Shown in pieces: positions 50,358 through 62,105 of a DNA stretch of 64,000 nt; the stretch's first letter is position 1, and each line of letters opens with the position of its first letter. The position numbers were made by a program, and so were the translations under genes. Where the stretch lies: assembly GCA_029560465.1 (NCBI GenBank), contig JAKQKX010000045.1, positions 280,260 through 344,259 on the forward strand, in the 5' to 3' direction. Source of the DNA: Candidatus Omnitrophota bacterium. Lineage in GTDB: Bacteria > Omnitrophota > Gorgyraeia > Zapsychrales > JANLHA01. The notes below the pieces were generated by a model, which did not search any database, was not told the DNA's origin, and saw only the letters and a program-made list of their open reading frames with translations.

Positions 50358-50510
50358 TCTTTCCGCTCCTCCCCAAAAAACGCCCAATTGAACAGTTAGG
50401 AGGTTTATTATACCACACCACAAAATCCCGGAGATAATCCCTTTTCTCACTAAAAAATTTTATACGGCTACATATTGACTTGCCCCTGTAAAGACTTAAA
50501 ATGATATCTA

Positions 50511-51266
50511 ATGAAAATTCTTAACCCCTTCAATACGGCTCGAAAATCCCTGCCGGCCTGTTTCGCCATCTTCCTCACGTGTGTTCTCTGCTCCTGCGGG
50601 ACCATCCCCCCTCGTCCTTCGCCTCAGCCCCCCCCGTCCGCCCCTAGGGCCAACAGGACCCACACGGTCGCGCCCGGTGAAACTCTTTGGCGCATCAGCA
50701 AAATTTACAACGTTCCCATGGCGTCCATTATCAATGTGAACCGGCTCAAAGATACCCAGCCCCTGGAAATGGGCCAAATATTAAATATTCCGTCTGCCAG
50801 CAGCCCTCAACAGGTCCTTTCTCTCTTTCCTTCGGGCCGATGGAAATATATCATTGTCCATCACAGCGCGACTCAAGAAGGGAGCTCTCTTCAATTCCAC
50901 CGCCATCATCAGGAGAAAGGCTGGGACAGCGTCGGCTATCATTTTGTCATCGATAACGGTAAAAGCGGCAAACCCGACGGGTTTATTGAAATCACGCCCC
51001 GCTGGCTCAAACAGCAGCACGGGGCCCATTGCAAAGCGTCGGACATGAACACCGTCGGAATCGGGATATGCCTGGTGGGGAATTTCAATGAAAGGGAAGT
51101 TTCCCCGGCGCAAATGAATGCTTTAGTTTATCTGGTCAATGAACTCAGAAGGTACTATAAAATCCCTAAAAACAACATCCTGGGACACCGGCATGTGCCG
51201 GGAAGCAAAACCGATTGCCCGGGGAACCGGTTCCCGTGGGACAAATTTAAACGGCAAATACAATAA
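50511..51266 (+). CDS. LysM + N-acetylmuramoyl-L-alanine amidase (Amidase_2) lipoprotein
   Basis: Lipobox LCSC; LysM HTV-PGETLWRIS; IIVHHSAT, GYHFVI, GAH, GH...CPG. Confidence 0.92.
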   Translation: MKILNPFNTARKSLPACFAIFLTCVLCSCGTIPPRPSPQPPPSAPRANRTHTVAPGETLWRISKIYNVPMASIINVNRLKDTQPLEMGQILNIPSASSPQQVLSLFPSGRWKYIIVHHSATQEGSSLQFHRHHQEKGWDSVGYHFVIDNGKSGKPDGFIEITPRWLKQQHGAHCKASDMNTVGIGICLVGNFNEREVSPAQMNALVYLVNELRRYYKIPKNNILGHRHVPGSKTDCPGNRFPWDKFKRQIQ

Positions 51267-51319
51267 AATTAAAAAACGCCGTGGTTTTTAATGACCCTTC
51301 ACTTTAAGGAAAAGGACCC

Positions 51320-53920
51320 ATGAAAAAATTTTTAAAAATTTTAAAAGTCTTGTTGATCGGCTTCATGATTGTGCTGGTTATCGTCATCACCGGGGGATAT
51401 TTCTTCCTGAAAAACCTTGATATCAAACAATACAAGACCCCCATCATTCACGCGGCAGAACAGGCGCTCGGCCGCACAGTCAACTTTCAAGACATCCAGC
51501 TGAGTGTTTCCGTCATGGAAGGGGTTCGGTTTTATCTTTCGGACTTCACGGTCGCGGATAATCCGGCCTTTAGTTCCGACCCTTTCTTTTCCACGCACCA
51601 GATCGAAGCGGGGATAGACGTGCTGTCTTTCATTAAAACCCGGCAAATCTCTGTCCCCTCCATTTTAATCAGTGCCCCGCGCATCAACCTGATCCGTAAT
51701 GCCGAGGGCGTATTGAACGTTCAAACCCTCGGGGCCCAGTCCGGACAACCTTCCGCCCCGGCCCCCTCTGGGCAGAAAACCATGGCCTTACCCGCCCTGC
51801 TCATCCAAGCGCTCAAAATCAAAAACGCCGAAATCCGGGTTATCGATCTGTCCGCGCACCCGCCAGCCGAAATCTCCGTGACCAAGATGGATTTTTCCAT
51901 TAATAATTTCTCTCTCACACAGCCATTTGAAATGCTCCTTGAAGCCGCGGTCTTAAGCGCTCAAAAAAACCTGCGCGTTACGTCAAACGCCCAGATCCAT
52001 CTTCGGGACCAATCCGCGGCCTTGTCCAATCTGGACATGACCCTGGACCTCGGCGCCCTGGCGCTGGATGAATTGCGCCGCTTCCCCATGCTCACAGGGG
52101 CCCCTCTCCCGACGGTTCTGAAAGGGCAAGTCCGGACGGCCGTAAAAGAACTGACCATTTCCGATAAAGGCCTTGAAAATATCCTCATCAACGCGTCATT
52201 ATCCGACGGCGCCTGCGTTCTTCCCGACGTGGTCCCGGGCCTCCCGATAGAAGCCGATAAAATTAACCTTAAGATCACTGATTTTTCCCTGGGAGGCAAC
52301 GCGCCGTTCCATATCACGCTCAACGCCGCGCTCTTGAACACGGCCCCCAACATTCATTTTACCGGCGACGCCTCCCTGGACCTGGTCCGGCAGGCCGTCA
52401 CCATCACGAACGGGACCGCTGACGTTGACCTAAGGCAGCTCCCCCTGGAAAAAATCCGGGCAGCCGGGCTGATCCCCGCAGGAACGCCCTTCCCCGAGAC
52501 ACTCGCAGGGGACATCCGCCTCGAACTTAAAAAGATTGAAATTTCCGCCAAAGGGGTCGGACAACTCCTGGCGGATATGAGCTTAAAAGACGGCGCCGTC
52601 TTTATCCCTGTGGTGGCGCCTGGCATATCCCTGAACGCCCCGAAGATCAACCTGGAAGCCCAAAATATTTCGCTCCAAGATCCCTTCCTTCTGCGGGGGT
52701 CCCTGGCTTACGAGAGCGATGTCCCCAACATATCATTTCAAAGCACCGTCGCCGTCGACCCCGCCCAGCAAAGCGTCCACCTGACCGCCGGGACCGTGTC
52801 CACGGATCTTGCTCAATGGTCCATGGAGCGGTTAAAAAACGCGCTTGTCCCCCTGAAAGACGCCTCCCTGCCGGAAACACTCCAAGGGACTTTGACCCTT
52901 TCCCTGTCCGAGCTAACGGCAGGGGCCCAAGGTCTGGTAAGCCTGGACGGAAAAGGCGCGATCAAGGATGGGATCGTCAAAATGAAGGAACTCGCCGTGC
53001 CCTTGGAAAAAATCAACACGTCCTTTCACGTCACGGCTTCGGACGTCACGATTGACACCCTCACCGCGTCCCTAGGGGCGGGGCGGATCACGGCCCAGTT
53101 CACCATGAAGGATTATCTGGCCTCCCAGACGTTTGAAACCCAGGCAAAAATCCAAGGGCTCAACCTCGCGGAAGTCCTGGATCAACAAAAAGCACCCGTT
53201 AAAGCGGCCGGCCTTGTGTCCGGGACATTCCAAGCCCGCGGCAGCGTCATGGACATGAATTCCATAACGGGGGACGGCATCCTGGATGTCCAAGAAGCAA
53301 AACTCGTGGACCTAAACGTGTTGAAAACGGTTCTGAACGGCATGGTCTTTCTGCCGAATGCCTCCGCGCGCCTGGAAACAGGTCTGCCCGAGCGGTATAA
53401 AGCAAAGCTGCAAGACAAAGACACGGATATCCGCAAGATCTCTTTTACAGGCACGATCGCTGACGGCAAGATCCTCATTGAGCCGGCCGCGATCGAAGCC
53501 GATGAATTCCTCTTTTCCGGAACATCTCAAGCGGGTTTTGATCAGAAATACATCATGGATGGCTCTTTTAAAATCCCCGAGGAACTCTCCGCGGCCATAG
53601 TGAATATTATTGAGGAGATGAAATATCTTTTCGGCCAGGACAACGCCATCACCCTGCCTATTCATGTCCAGGGCGAAGGAAACAAGCCCCCGACAATTCA
53701 TGTACTCAAAACCGCGGAAGACCTCTTTAAAAACGCCCTACGGAATCAAGGGAAAGAAGCGCTGGGGAATGTCCTGAAAAAAGTCATCGGAGGAGATTCC
53801 TCCTCCCCGGAAGAACAGACAGGGACAGGCCAGCCGGAAACCGGACAGACAGAAACCCCGTCCATGGAAGAACAGATCATCGAAAAAGGGATCGGGATTC
53901 TTAATCAAATTTTTAAATAA
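51320..53920 (+). CDS. AsmA-like (repeating beta-groove) protein with three internal repeats
   Basis: N-terminal TM and chorein-N-like ALGRTV segment; beta-rich body; C-terminal LPIHV-G...P. Confidence 0.8.
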   Translation: MKKFLKILKVLLIGFMIVLVIVITGGYFFLKNLDIKQYKTPIIHAAEQALGRTVNFQDIQLSVSVMEGVRFYLSDFTVADNPAFSSDPFFSTHQIEAGIDVLSFIKTRQISVPSILISAPRINLIRNAEGVLNVQTLGAQSGQPSAPAPSGQKTMALPALLIQALKIKNAEIRVIDLSAHPPAEISVTKMDFSINNFSLTQPFEMLLEAAVLSAQKNLRVTSNAQIHLRDQSAALSNLDMTLDLGALALDELRRFPMLTGAPLPTVLKGQVRTAVKELTISDKGLENILINASLSDGACVLPDVVPGLPIEADKINLKITDFSLGGNAPFHITLNAALLNTAPNIHFTGDASLDLVRQAVTITNGTADVDLRQLPLEKIRAAGLIPAGTPFPETLAGDIRLELKKIEISAKGVGQLLADMSLKDGAVFIPVVAPGISLNAPKINLEAQNISLQDPFLLRGSLAYESDVPNISFQSTVAVDPAQQSVHLTAGTVSTDLAQWSMERLKNALVPLKDASLPETLQGTLTLSLSELTAGAQGLVSLDGKGAIKDGIVKMKELAVPLEKINTSFHVTASDVTIDTLTASLGAGRITAQFTMKDYLASQTFETQAKIQGLNLAEVLDQQKAPVKAAGLVSGTFQARGSVMDMNSITGDGILDVQEAKLVDLNVLKTVLNGMVFLPNASARLETGLPERYKAKLQDKDTDIRKISFTGTIADGKILIEPAAIEADEFLFSGTSQAGFDQKYIMDGSFKIPEELSAAIVNIIEEMKYLFGQDNAITLPIHVQGEGNKPPTIHVLKTAEDLFKNALRNQGKEALGNVLKKVIGGDSSSPEEQTGTGQPETGQTETPSMEEQIIEKGIGILNQIFK

Positions 53921-53953
53921 AAACGGCCGCCCCGGTTAAGGGCTATTGCGGAA

Positions 53954-55408
53954 TTATTTTCTCCAGGTGGCCGGGATAAACAGGACAAGGATGGCGTATA
54001 ATTCCAGCCGGCCGGCCAGCATCAAAAAAATTAGCGTCCATTTACTGGGGATGGATAACCATGCGTAATTTTGCGCCGGCCCGACCATCCCCAGGCCGGG
54101 GCCAATGCTGCTCAAAGCGGAAATCGAGGCGCTGACAGCCGTTATCAAATCACACGATTCAAAACCTAATAGCAATATGATCCCCGCCACAAAAAGGCCG
54201 CAGTAAATCGTGAAATATTCCAGAACCGATTGAATCATATCCTCCGACAGGCCAACGCCGTTGAACCGGACGCACTTGATCCCGTGGGGATAAAGCGCCT
54301 GCGACACGGACCAGAAGGATTTCTTTAAGAGCAACAAAAACCGGACGACCTTCAGCCCTCCGGCGGTTGAACCAATGCACCCGCCGATAAACATAAGCAT
54401 TAAAAGGACAGCATGGGCCGCCGGGGGCCAAAGGCTATAGTCTGTTGTTGCAAAACCCGTGGTCGTCATGATGGACGTGACCTGAAAGATGACCGTGCGG
54501 GCGCTTTCGACCGCCCCATCTTGGACACACAGCAAGAAGTAACAGAGAACAGACGCGGATCCTAATAATAAAAGGTATAAACGCATTTCCTCATTTTGAA
54601 AGAATTTTTTGGACTTTCCGGATAATAAACTCAAATAAAGCGAAAAATTCATCCCGCCTATAATCATAATAAAAATCGTAATCCATTGAATCGCAGGGCC
54701 ATAAGCACCGAGGCTCGCGTTTTTCGTTGAGAATCCGCCGGTCGCGATGGTTCCGAAGGCATGGCACAGAGAATCAAAGATCGGCATACCGTTCCCATAC
54801 AGCAAAACCGTCGCCAAAACGGTAAAAAAAGTATAAATGAGCCATAAAAACGTCGCGGTCTTGCGGACCTGGCCCTCCAGGGTATTATCTTCCAGGCCAG
54901 AGGCCTCAAAATTATACAAGCGCTTCGAGGTTACCCCGATGCTGGGAAACAGGGCGACAAAAAGCGCCACAACGCCCAAGCCGCCCAGCCAATTCGTTAA
55001 GCTGCGCCAGAACAGGATCCCCCGCGGCAATATTTCCACATTCTTAAATATACTGGCCCCCGTTGTCGTGAACCCGCTGACGATTTCGAAAACGGCGTCA
55101 GTGTAAGATGGCACAACACGCCCCAACAATAACGGAAGCGCGCCCCACAGCGACAAAAATATCCAGGATAATCCCACCACAAAGAATTCATCTTTAATGG
55201 TGATCTGTTCATAATTGGATTTTCTCAATCTCACAGCGCCAAGGGCCCAGACAGAAAACAGGAAACCCGTTCCTATGGTGGTCAGGAAAGCGAAAACTTC
55301 ACGGCTGTGAGGGTCGTCATGGATAGCCCAGGCGAGCGGAGCCAGCATAAAAGCACTCACCAAGAGCAAAAGACGAGCAATAATATTAATGACAAATTCT
55401 TTATGCAT
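53954..55408 (-). CDS. trkH: TrkH family potassium uptake protein
   Basis: SGFTTTGA, WLGGLG, ATGGFS, TTTGF, GSTAGGLK, GRLE. Confidence 0.95.
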   Translation of the reverse strand: MHKEFVINIIARLLLLVSAFMLAPLAWAIHDDPHSREVFAFLTTIGTGFLFSVWALGAVRLRKSNYEQITIKDEFFVVGLSWIFLSLWGALPLLLGRVVPSYTDAVFEIVSGFTTTGASIFKNVEILPRGILFWRSLTNWLGGLGVVALFVALFPSIGVTSKRLYNFEASGLEDNTLEGQVRKTATFLWLIYTFFTVLATVLLYGNGMPIFDSLCHAFGTIATGGFSTKNASLGAYGPAIQWITIFIMIIGGMNFSLYLSLLSGKSKKFFQNEEMRLYLLLLGSASVLCYFLLCVQDGAVESARTVIFQVTSIMTTTGFATTDYSLWPPAAHAVLLMLMFIGGCIGSTAGGLKVVRFLLLLKKSFWSVSQALYPHGIKCVRFNGVGLSEDMIQSVLEYFTIYCGLFVAGIILLLGFESCDLITAVSASISALSSIGPGLGMVGPAQNYAWLSIPSKWTLIFLMLAGRLELYAILVLFIPATWRK

Positions 55409-55690
55409 TATTTTTTTGCGCTTCCTCCGCATCCTCCGGCCAGCCCCAGGCCATCAGCGACATTATGAACACGCAAGCGGGGGAGGGCACTTCATAAAGC
55501 GTATCAAAAATTTCCTGTTCCAGCAACTCCTTCGTCTTTATAATCCATTCAACCCCGCCAGGGGCCCCTCCCCTTCCCGGGGTTCCCGGCCTGAAACCAG
55601 AAACGCCGACGGACGCCAGTTCCTGACAACCATCATCAGTCGCCTCCCTTGAATTTTTATTTTTCTATGCTATAGTCTGTTACGGGGATC

Positions 55691-56158
55691 ATGATCATCA
55701 ACGTAAATTTAAAATTGCCTTATGTCAATGCCATTCAAGGCGCGTGGGATGTCAAAGAATGCGAGACGCATGCCGCCTGGGAAACGTATGTCGAAATCGT
55801 GACCCGGATTTTACCGGCACATCCCGTCACGCACACCCGGCACCCCCAGATGGAGCTCGCGTCAATCCAACAGCTGTTTGATAAAATCCGGGATATCCTT
55901 AAAAAATTCGGCCCCGCCATCGGGCAAACCCACTTGGCGGGAGGCTTAACCTTCGCGTTTCTGGCGTTGACAATCATGAATGTCGTTTTACGGCCTGCCC
56001 TCATGGAACACAAAGGCATCCCCGGCAAGGAAAGCCGCGAATCACCGGACAGGCCTCCGGAAGAGGATCAGCGGCTATGCGAACAGCTTAATAAAACCTA
56101 CGCGGTGTTGATTGATTTTTGCAACATCCTGACTCAAGCGGCCGGGGTCGAGCTTTAG
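55691..56158 (+). CDS. Hypothetical helical protein
   Basis: 155-aa ORF with AAW--YVE-VTRI and N-VLRP pattern resembling an uncharacterised family (from memory, not searched). Confidence 0.6.
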   Translation: MIINVNLKLPYVNAIQGAWDVKECETHAAWETYVEIVTRILPAHPVTHTRHPQMELASIQQLFDKIRDILKKFGPAIGQTHLAGGLTFAFLALTIMNVVLRPALMEHKGIPGKESRESPDRPPEEDQRLCEQLNKTYAVLIDFCNILTQAAGVEL

Positions 56159-56209
56159 AAAAACCCGCATAATATTCCATGATAATTCAAATAACACGTG
56201 AGGTGTCTC

Positions 56210-56626
56210 ATGGCTCCAGGTAAAATTTTTATAACCCGATTCGACAAAGAGCGGTTAAAAGACATCCTTTTAAAAACAACGCATTTTAATGCTGAAGACC
56301 GGGCTTTTCTGAAACAGCTTGAAGAGGAACTTTCCCGGGCTGATGTCGTGGACCCGGAAAAAATTCCACCCGATGTCATAACCATGAACTCGACGGTTTG
56401 CATCGAAGACATGGACACCGGGGAGGAAGAAACGTATTCCCTCGTGTTTCCGGGCCACGCCAATTATCAAGAGCATAAAATTTCGATATTGGCTCCGATT
56501 GGAACCGCTTTGCTGGGCTACAAGGAAGGGGACGTGATTGAATGGCCCGTCCCGGCCGGCATAAGGAAGATCCGGATCAAACGGGTTCTCTACCAGCCGG
56601 AAGCCAGCGGGCATTATCACCTTTGA
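56210..56626 (+). CDS. rnk: Regulator of nucleoside diphosphate kinase (GreA/B-like)
   Basis: DVITMNS, LVFP, ISILAPIGTALLG, YQPEASG. Confidence 0.93.
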   Translation: MAPGKIFITRFDKERLKDILLKTTHFNAEDRAFLKQLEEELSRADVVDPEKIPPDVITMNSTVCIEDMDTGEEETYSLVFPGHANYQEHKISILAPIGTALLGYKEGDVIEWPVPAGIRKIRIKRVLYQPEASGHYHL

Positions 56627-56667
56627 CCTATGCATCGCCGGACGCCTTAAAAACCCGGGCCTGGATG

Positions 56668-56703
56668 AAAAAAGCCCTGGCCGGACAAACATGGCCAGGG
56701 CTT
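56668..56703 (-). terminator. Intrinsic terminator after gdhA
   Basis: AAGCCCTGGCC/GGCCAGGGCTT stem + T-tract. Confidence 0.75.
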
Positions 56704-56722
56704 GGAAACCGCCAAAAACTTA

Positions 56723-59492
<2,770 letters not shown>

Positions 59493-59499
59493 GGTTCAT

Positions 59500-60330
59500 T
59501 TATCCCGCGTTATGAAGACGACAAATATGTTTTTCCTGTTCGGTATACACGCTGTTGCGCGTTAACAGCTCCTGCCAATCGACCTGGCTCGCGTCAAATT
59601 CCGGCCCATCCACGCAACTGAACTTGACTTTCCCGGCCACGCTCACGCGGCAGCCGCCGCACATACCGGTCCCGTCCACCATGATCGCGTTCAAAGAAAC
59701 GAGCGTCAAAACCCCAAACGGTTTTGTCACCAAAGAAACAGCCCTCATCATGGGGATAGGGCCGACGGCGTAAACCAGGTCATATTTTGATTTTTCAAGA
59801 AGCTCTTGGAGCGCTTGAGTCACAAAGCCTTTCCGGCCATAGGACCCGTCATCGGTCAGGACAACGCACGCGTCGGAAGCCTCTTTTAACTCACGCTCAA
59901 GGATCAACAGTTCTTTCGTGCGCGAGCCGATGATGGCCGTCACCTCGTTCCCGGCGTCTTTGAACGCCTGCGCGACCGGGTAAATTTCGGCTATGCCCAC
60001 GCCGCCGCCGACCAGGATCACCTTCCCGTACTTTTTAATCTCGGTCGCGTGCCCCAACGGCCCTACAACGGAATAAAGGAAATCCCCCGCATTCATTTGA
60101 GCCAGTAATTTTGTGGTAAATCCCGCTTCCTGCGCGATCAGCATCACCGTTCCCTTCACCGGATCGGCCTTGACGACCGTCAAAGGGATCCGTTCTCCCT
60201 CCTCTTTGACCATCAGGACAACAAATTGTCCCGCCTTGGCTTTCGCGGCGATATCCGGGACCAAGATCGTCAGCTTTACGATCCGGGTGCCCTGGCTTTC
60301 CATCAAGAATTCTTTGTCTATGATCTTCAT
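59500..60330 (-). CDS. nfnA: NfnA/SudB FAD/[2Fe-2S] subunit
   Basis: GQFV, ERIPLT, GPLG, GGGVG, DGTGMCGGCRV...CVDGPEF. Confidence 0.88.
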   Translation of the reverse strand: MKIIDKEFLMESQGTRIVKLTILVPDIAAKAKAGQFVVLMVKEEGERIPLTVVKADPVKGTVMLIAQEAGFTTKLLAQMNAGDFLYSVVGPLGHATEIKKYGKVILVGGGVGIAEIYPVAQAFKDAGNEVTAIIGSRTKELLILERELKEASDACVVLTDDGSYGRKGFVTQALQELLEKSKYDLVYAVGPIPMMRAVSLVTKPFGVLTLVSLNAIMVDGTGMCGGCRVSVAGKVKFSCVDGPEFDASQVDWQELLTRNSVYTEQEKHICRLHNAG

Positions 60331-60474
60331 GAATTTTTCCACATTTGATCCTTTTTTTACCATTAAACGCCCTTCATTTCAGGCTTTTTATATAAAAAGA
60401 CCTCTTTAAAAGTTCACCGGGACGTCTTTATCTCCCTGCCATTTCAAGCCTTTTCTCCTAAAAATATAACCTTC

Positions 60475-60503
60475 ATGCTATATCCGGCCTTCCACCCTGT
60501 CAA
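60475..60503 (-). promoter_or_regulatory. Sigma70-type promoter of nfnAB-gdhA
   Basis: TTGACA-17 nt-TAGCAT. Confidence 0.6.
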
Positions 60504-60575
60504 TATTTATTTCAGAATGCCGCCCCCCAAAAAAACGGCACGCCTGTTTCCCGCCTTTCCAGGGGTTCCTGGAGG

Positions 60576-61910
60576 TTACCGGCGATTCCGGTGAGCCAAA
60601 ATTTTCCCCGTCCATATTATTCCTGTCATGGCGGACAAGATGTCTGTGACAAGCCGCGCCCAGAAAATCCCTCTTAGCCCTAAAAATTTCGCGCCGGCCA
60701 ACGATAGCGGGATCAAAAGGACAATCACCCGAATACTGTTTAAAATAGCCGCGTCTACCGGCTGATGGATCCCGGTCAGGCAAAATCCTGAATAACGGTA
60801 TACTTCCAAGAAACCGTAACCAAAACACGTGATGCGGATATATTGAACCAGGACATCGATGACTCCCGGGTCCGAGGAAAATAATCCGGCGAGCAGCCGA
60901 GCGATGGCAAAAAATATGCCCCCGATCCCCAAGCCGAAAATGAGCGCGAAGGACATCGTGCCTTTGCGCGCAGCCTGAATCCGGTCAAAACGATTGGCCC
61001 CGAAATTTTGCGCCACGAACGGCACCAACGACATCCCGACCGTCATAGGGATCATAAAAGCGAACATCTCGATACGGGTGGCGACGCCGCAGGCGGCAAT
61101 CGCGGCGTTCCCGAAACCCGAGACGACCTTAATGACAACCGCGCTGGAAATCGGGGTTAAGATTGAGCTCAACACGCTCGGCAAGCCGATAGACAAGATC
61201 CTTCGCCAAGAAACAAAAATCCTGCGCCACGAATACGGCAAAAACGAAATCAACCGGTGTTTTTTATGCAAAACAAAAAAGGTGGCCGCCAACACCGTTG
61301 CCTGCGAAAGGACCGTGGCCAACGCCGCGCCCGCGATCCCCATCCGGGGAAACCCCCAAAACCCGAAAATCATAACCGGGTCAAGGATAAAGTTAACAAG
61401 CGTCCCGCCAACCATTAAAAGGCTCGCCGCCTTGGTGTTCCCGGCGCCGATAATGACATCCCCCAGCATGATCTGGACCGCCATCACCGGCATTCCAAAA
61501 TACCAGACTGTCATATATTGCCCGGTGAAAACCAACGTTTCCCCGCCGGCCCCCAGTCGCGAAAAAAGCGGCTTTATGGTCGCCAGCCCGGCAGCCGCGA
61601 TGATCCCGGAAATAATAAAAACCAGGGATATCGCATGGGTGGTCAGTCTGGCCGCCGTATCCTGCTTGCTCCCGCCTAAGGCCCGGGCCACGACCGCCAT
61701 GGCCCCGGTCCCGATCCCCCGGATGATAAAATTCAACAACATAATAACCGGGAAGCCAAACGTCATCGCCGCCAAAGAATTGGTGCCCAACCGGGAAACG
61801 AACCACGTGTCCGTTAAATTATATGCGTTTATGGCGAATGTCCCGGCCAGCATCGGGACAGCCATCCTTATCAACGTTGTAAAAACACCGTCTTTGACTA
61901 ACTTTGGCAC
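60576..61910 (-). CDS. MATE family efflux transporter
   Basis: YNLTDTWFV--LG, N-ILDP--IFG, GIAGAALAT, QNFGA; GTG start at 61910 chosen. Confidence 0.93.
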   Translation of the reverse strand: MPKLVKDGVFTTLIRMAVPMLAGTFAINAYNLTDTWFVSRLGTNSLAAMTFGFPVIMLLNFIIRGIGTGAMAVVARALGGSKQDTAARLTTHAISLVFIISGIIAAAGLATIKPLFSRLGAGGETLVFTGQYMTVWYFGMPVMAVQIMLGDVIIGAGNTKAASLLMVGGTLVNFILDPVMIFGFWGFPRMGIAGAALATVLSQATVLAATFFVLHKKHRLISFLPYSWRRIFVSWRRILSIGLPSVLSSILTPISSAVVIKVVSGFGNAAIAACGVATRIEMFAFMIPMTVGMSLVPFVAQNFGANRFDRIQAARKGTMSFALIFGLGIGGIFFAIARLLAGLFSSDPGVIDVLVQYIRITCFGYGFLEVYRYSGFCLTGIHQPVDAAILNSIRVIVLLIPLSLAGAKFLGLRGIFWARLVTDILSAMTGIIWTGKILAHRNRR

Positions 61911-61953
61911 GGATATTTGACCTTGTTGTTGGGCGAAGGGATATGGCCACCTG

Positions 61954-61984
61954 AAAAACAAAAACCAGAGAGCTTTCTCTGGTT
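61954..61984 (-). terminator. Intrinsic terminator directly upstream of the MATE gene
   Basis: AACCAGAGA-AAGC-TCTCTGGTT followed by TTTGTTTTT. Confidence 0.75.
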
Positions 61985-62105
61985 GCCCCTCTCCGAAAGT
62001 TTATGAGGTCCGCCGCAGGGTATAAGCTATTAATAATGCCACAACCGGATCAGCACGCGACACCCCGGACCCCGGAGGGATGTGCCTGTTTGTGTTTCAA
62101 ACAAG

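Noticed and set aside
55404-55650. Minus-strand frame containing LLEQEIFDTLYEVPS, reminiscent of the ClpX C-terminus
   Set aside because: No start codon, match too short, flanks not protein-like
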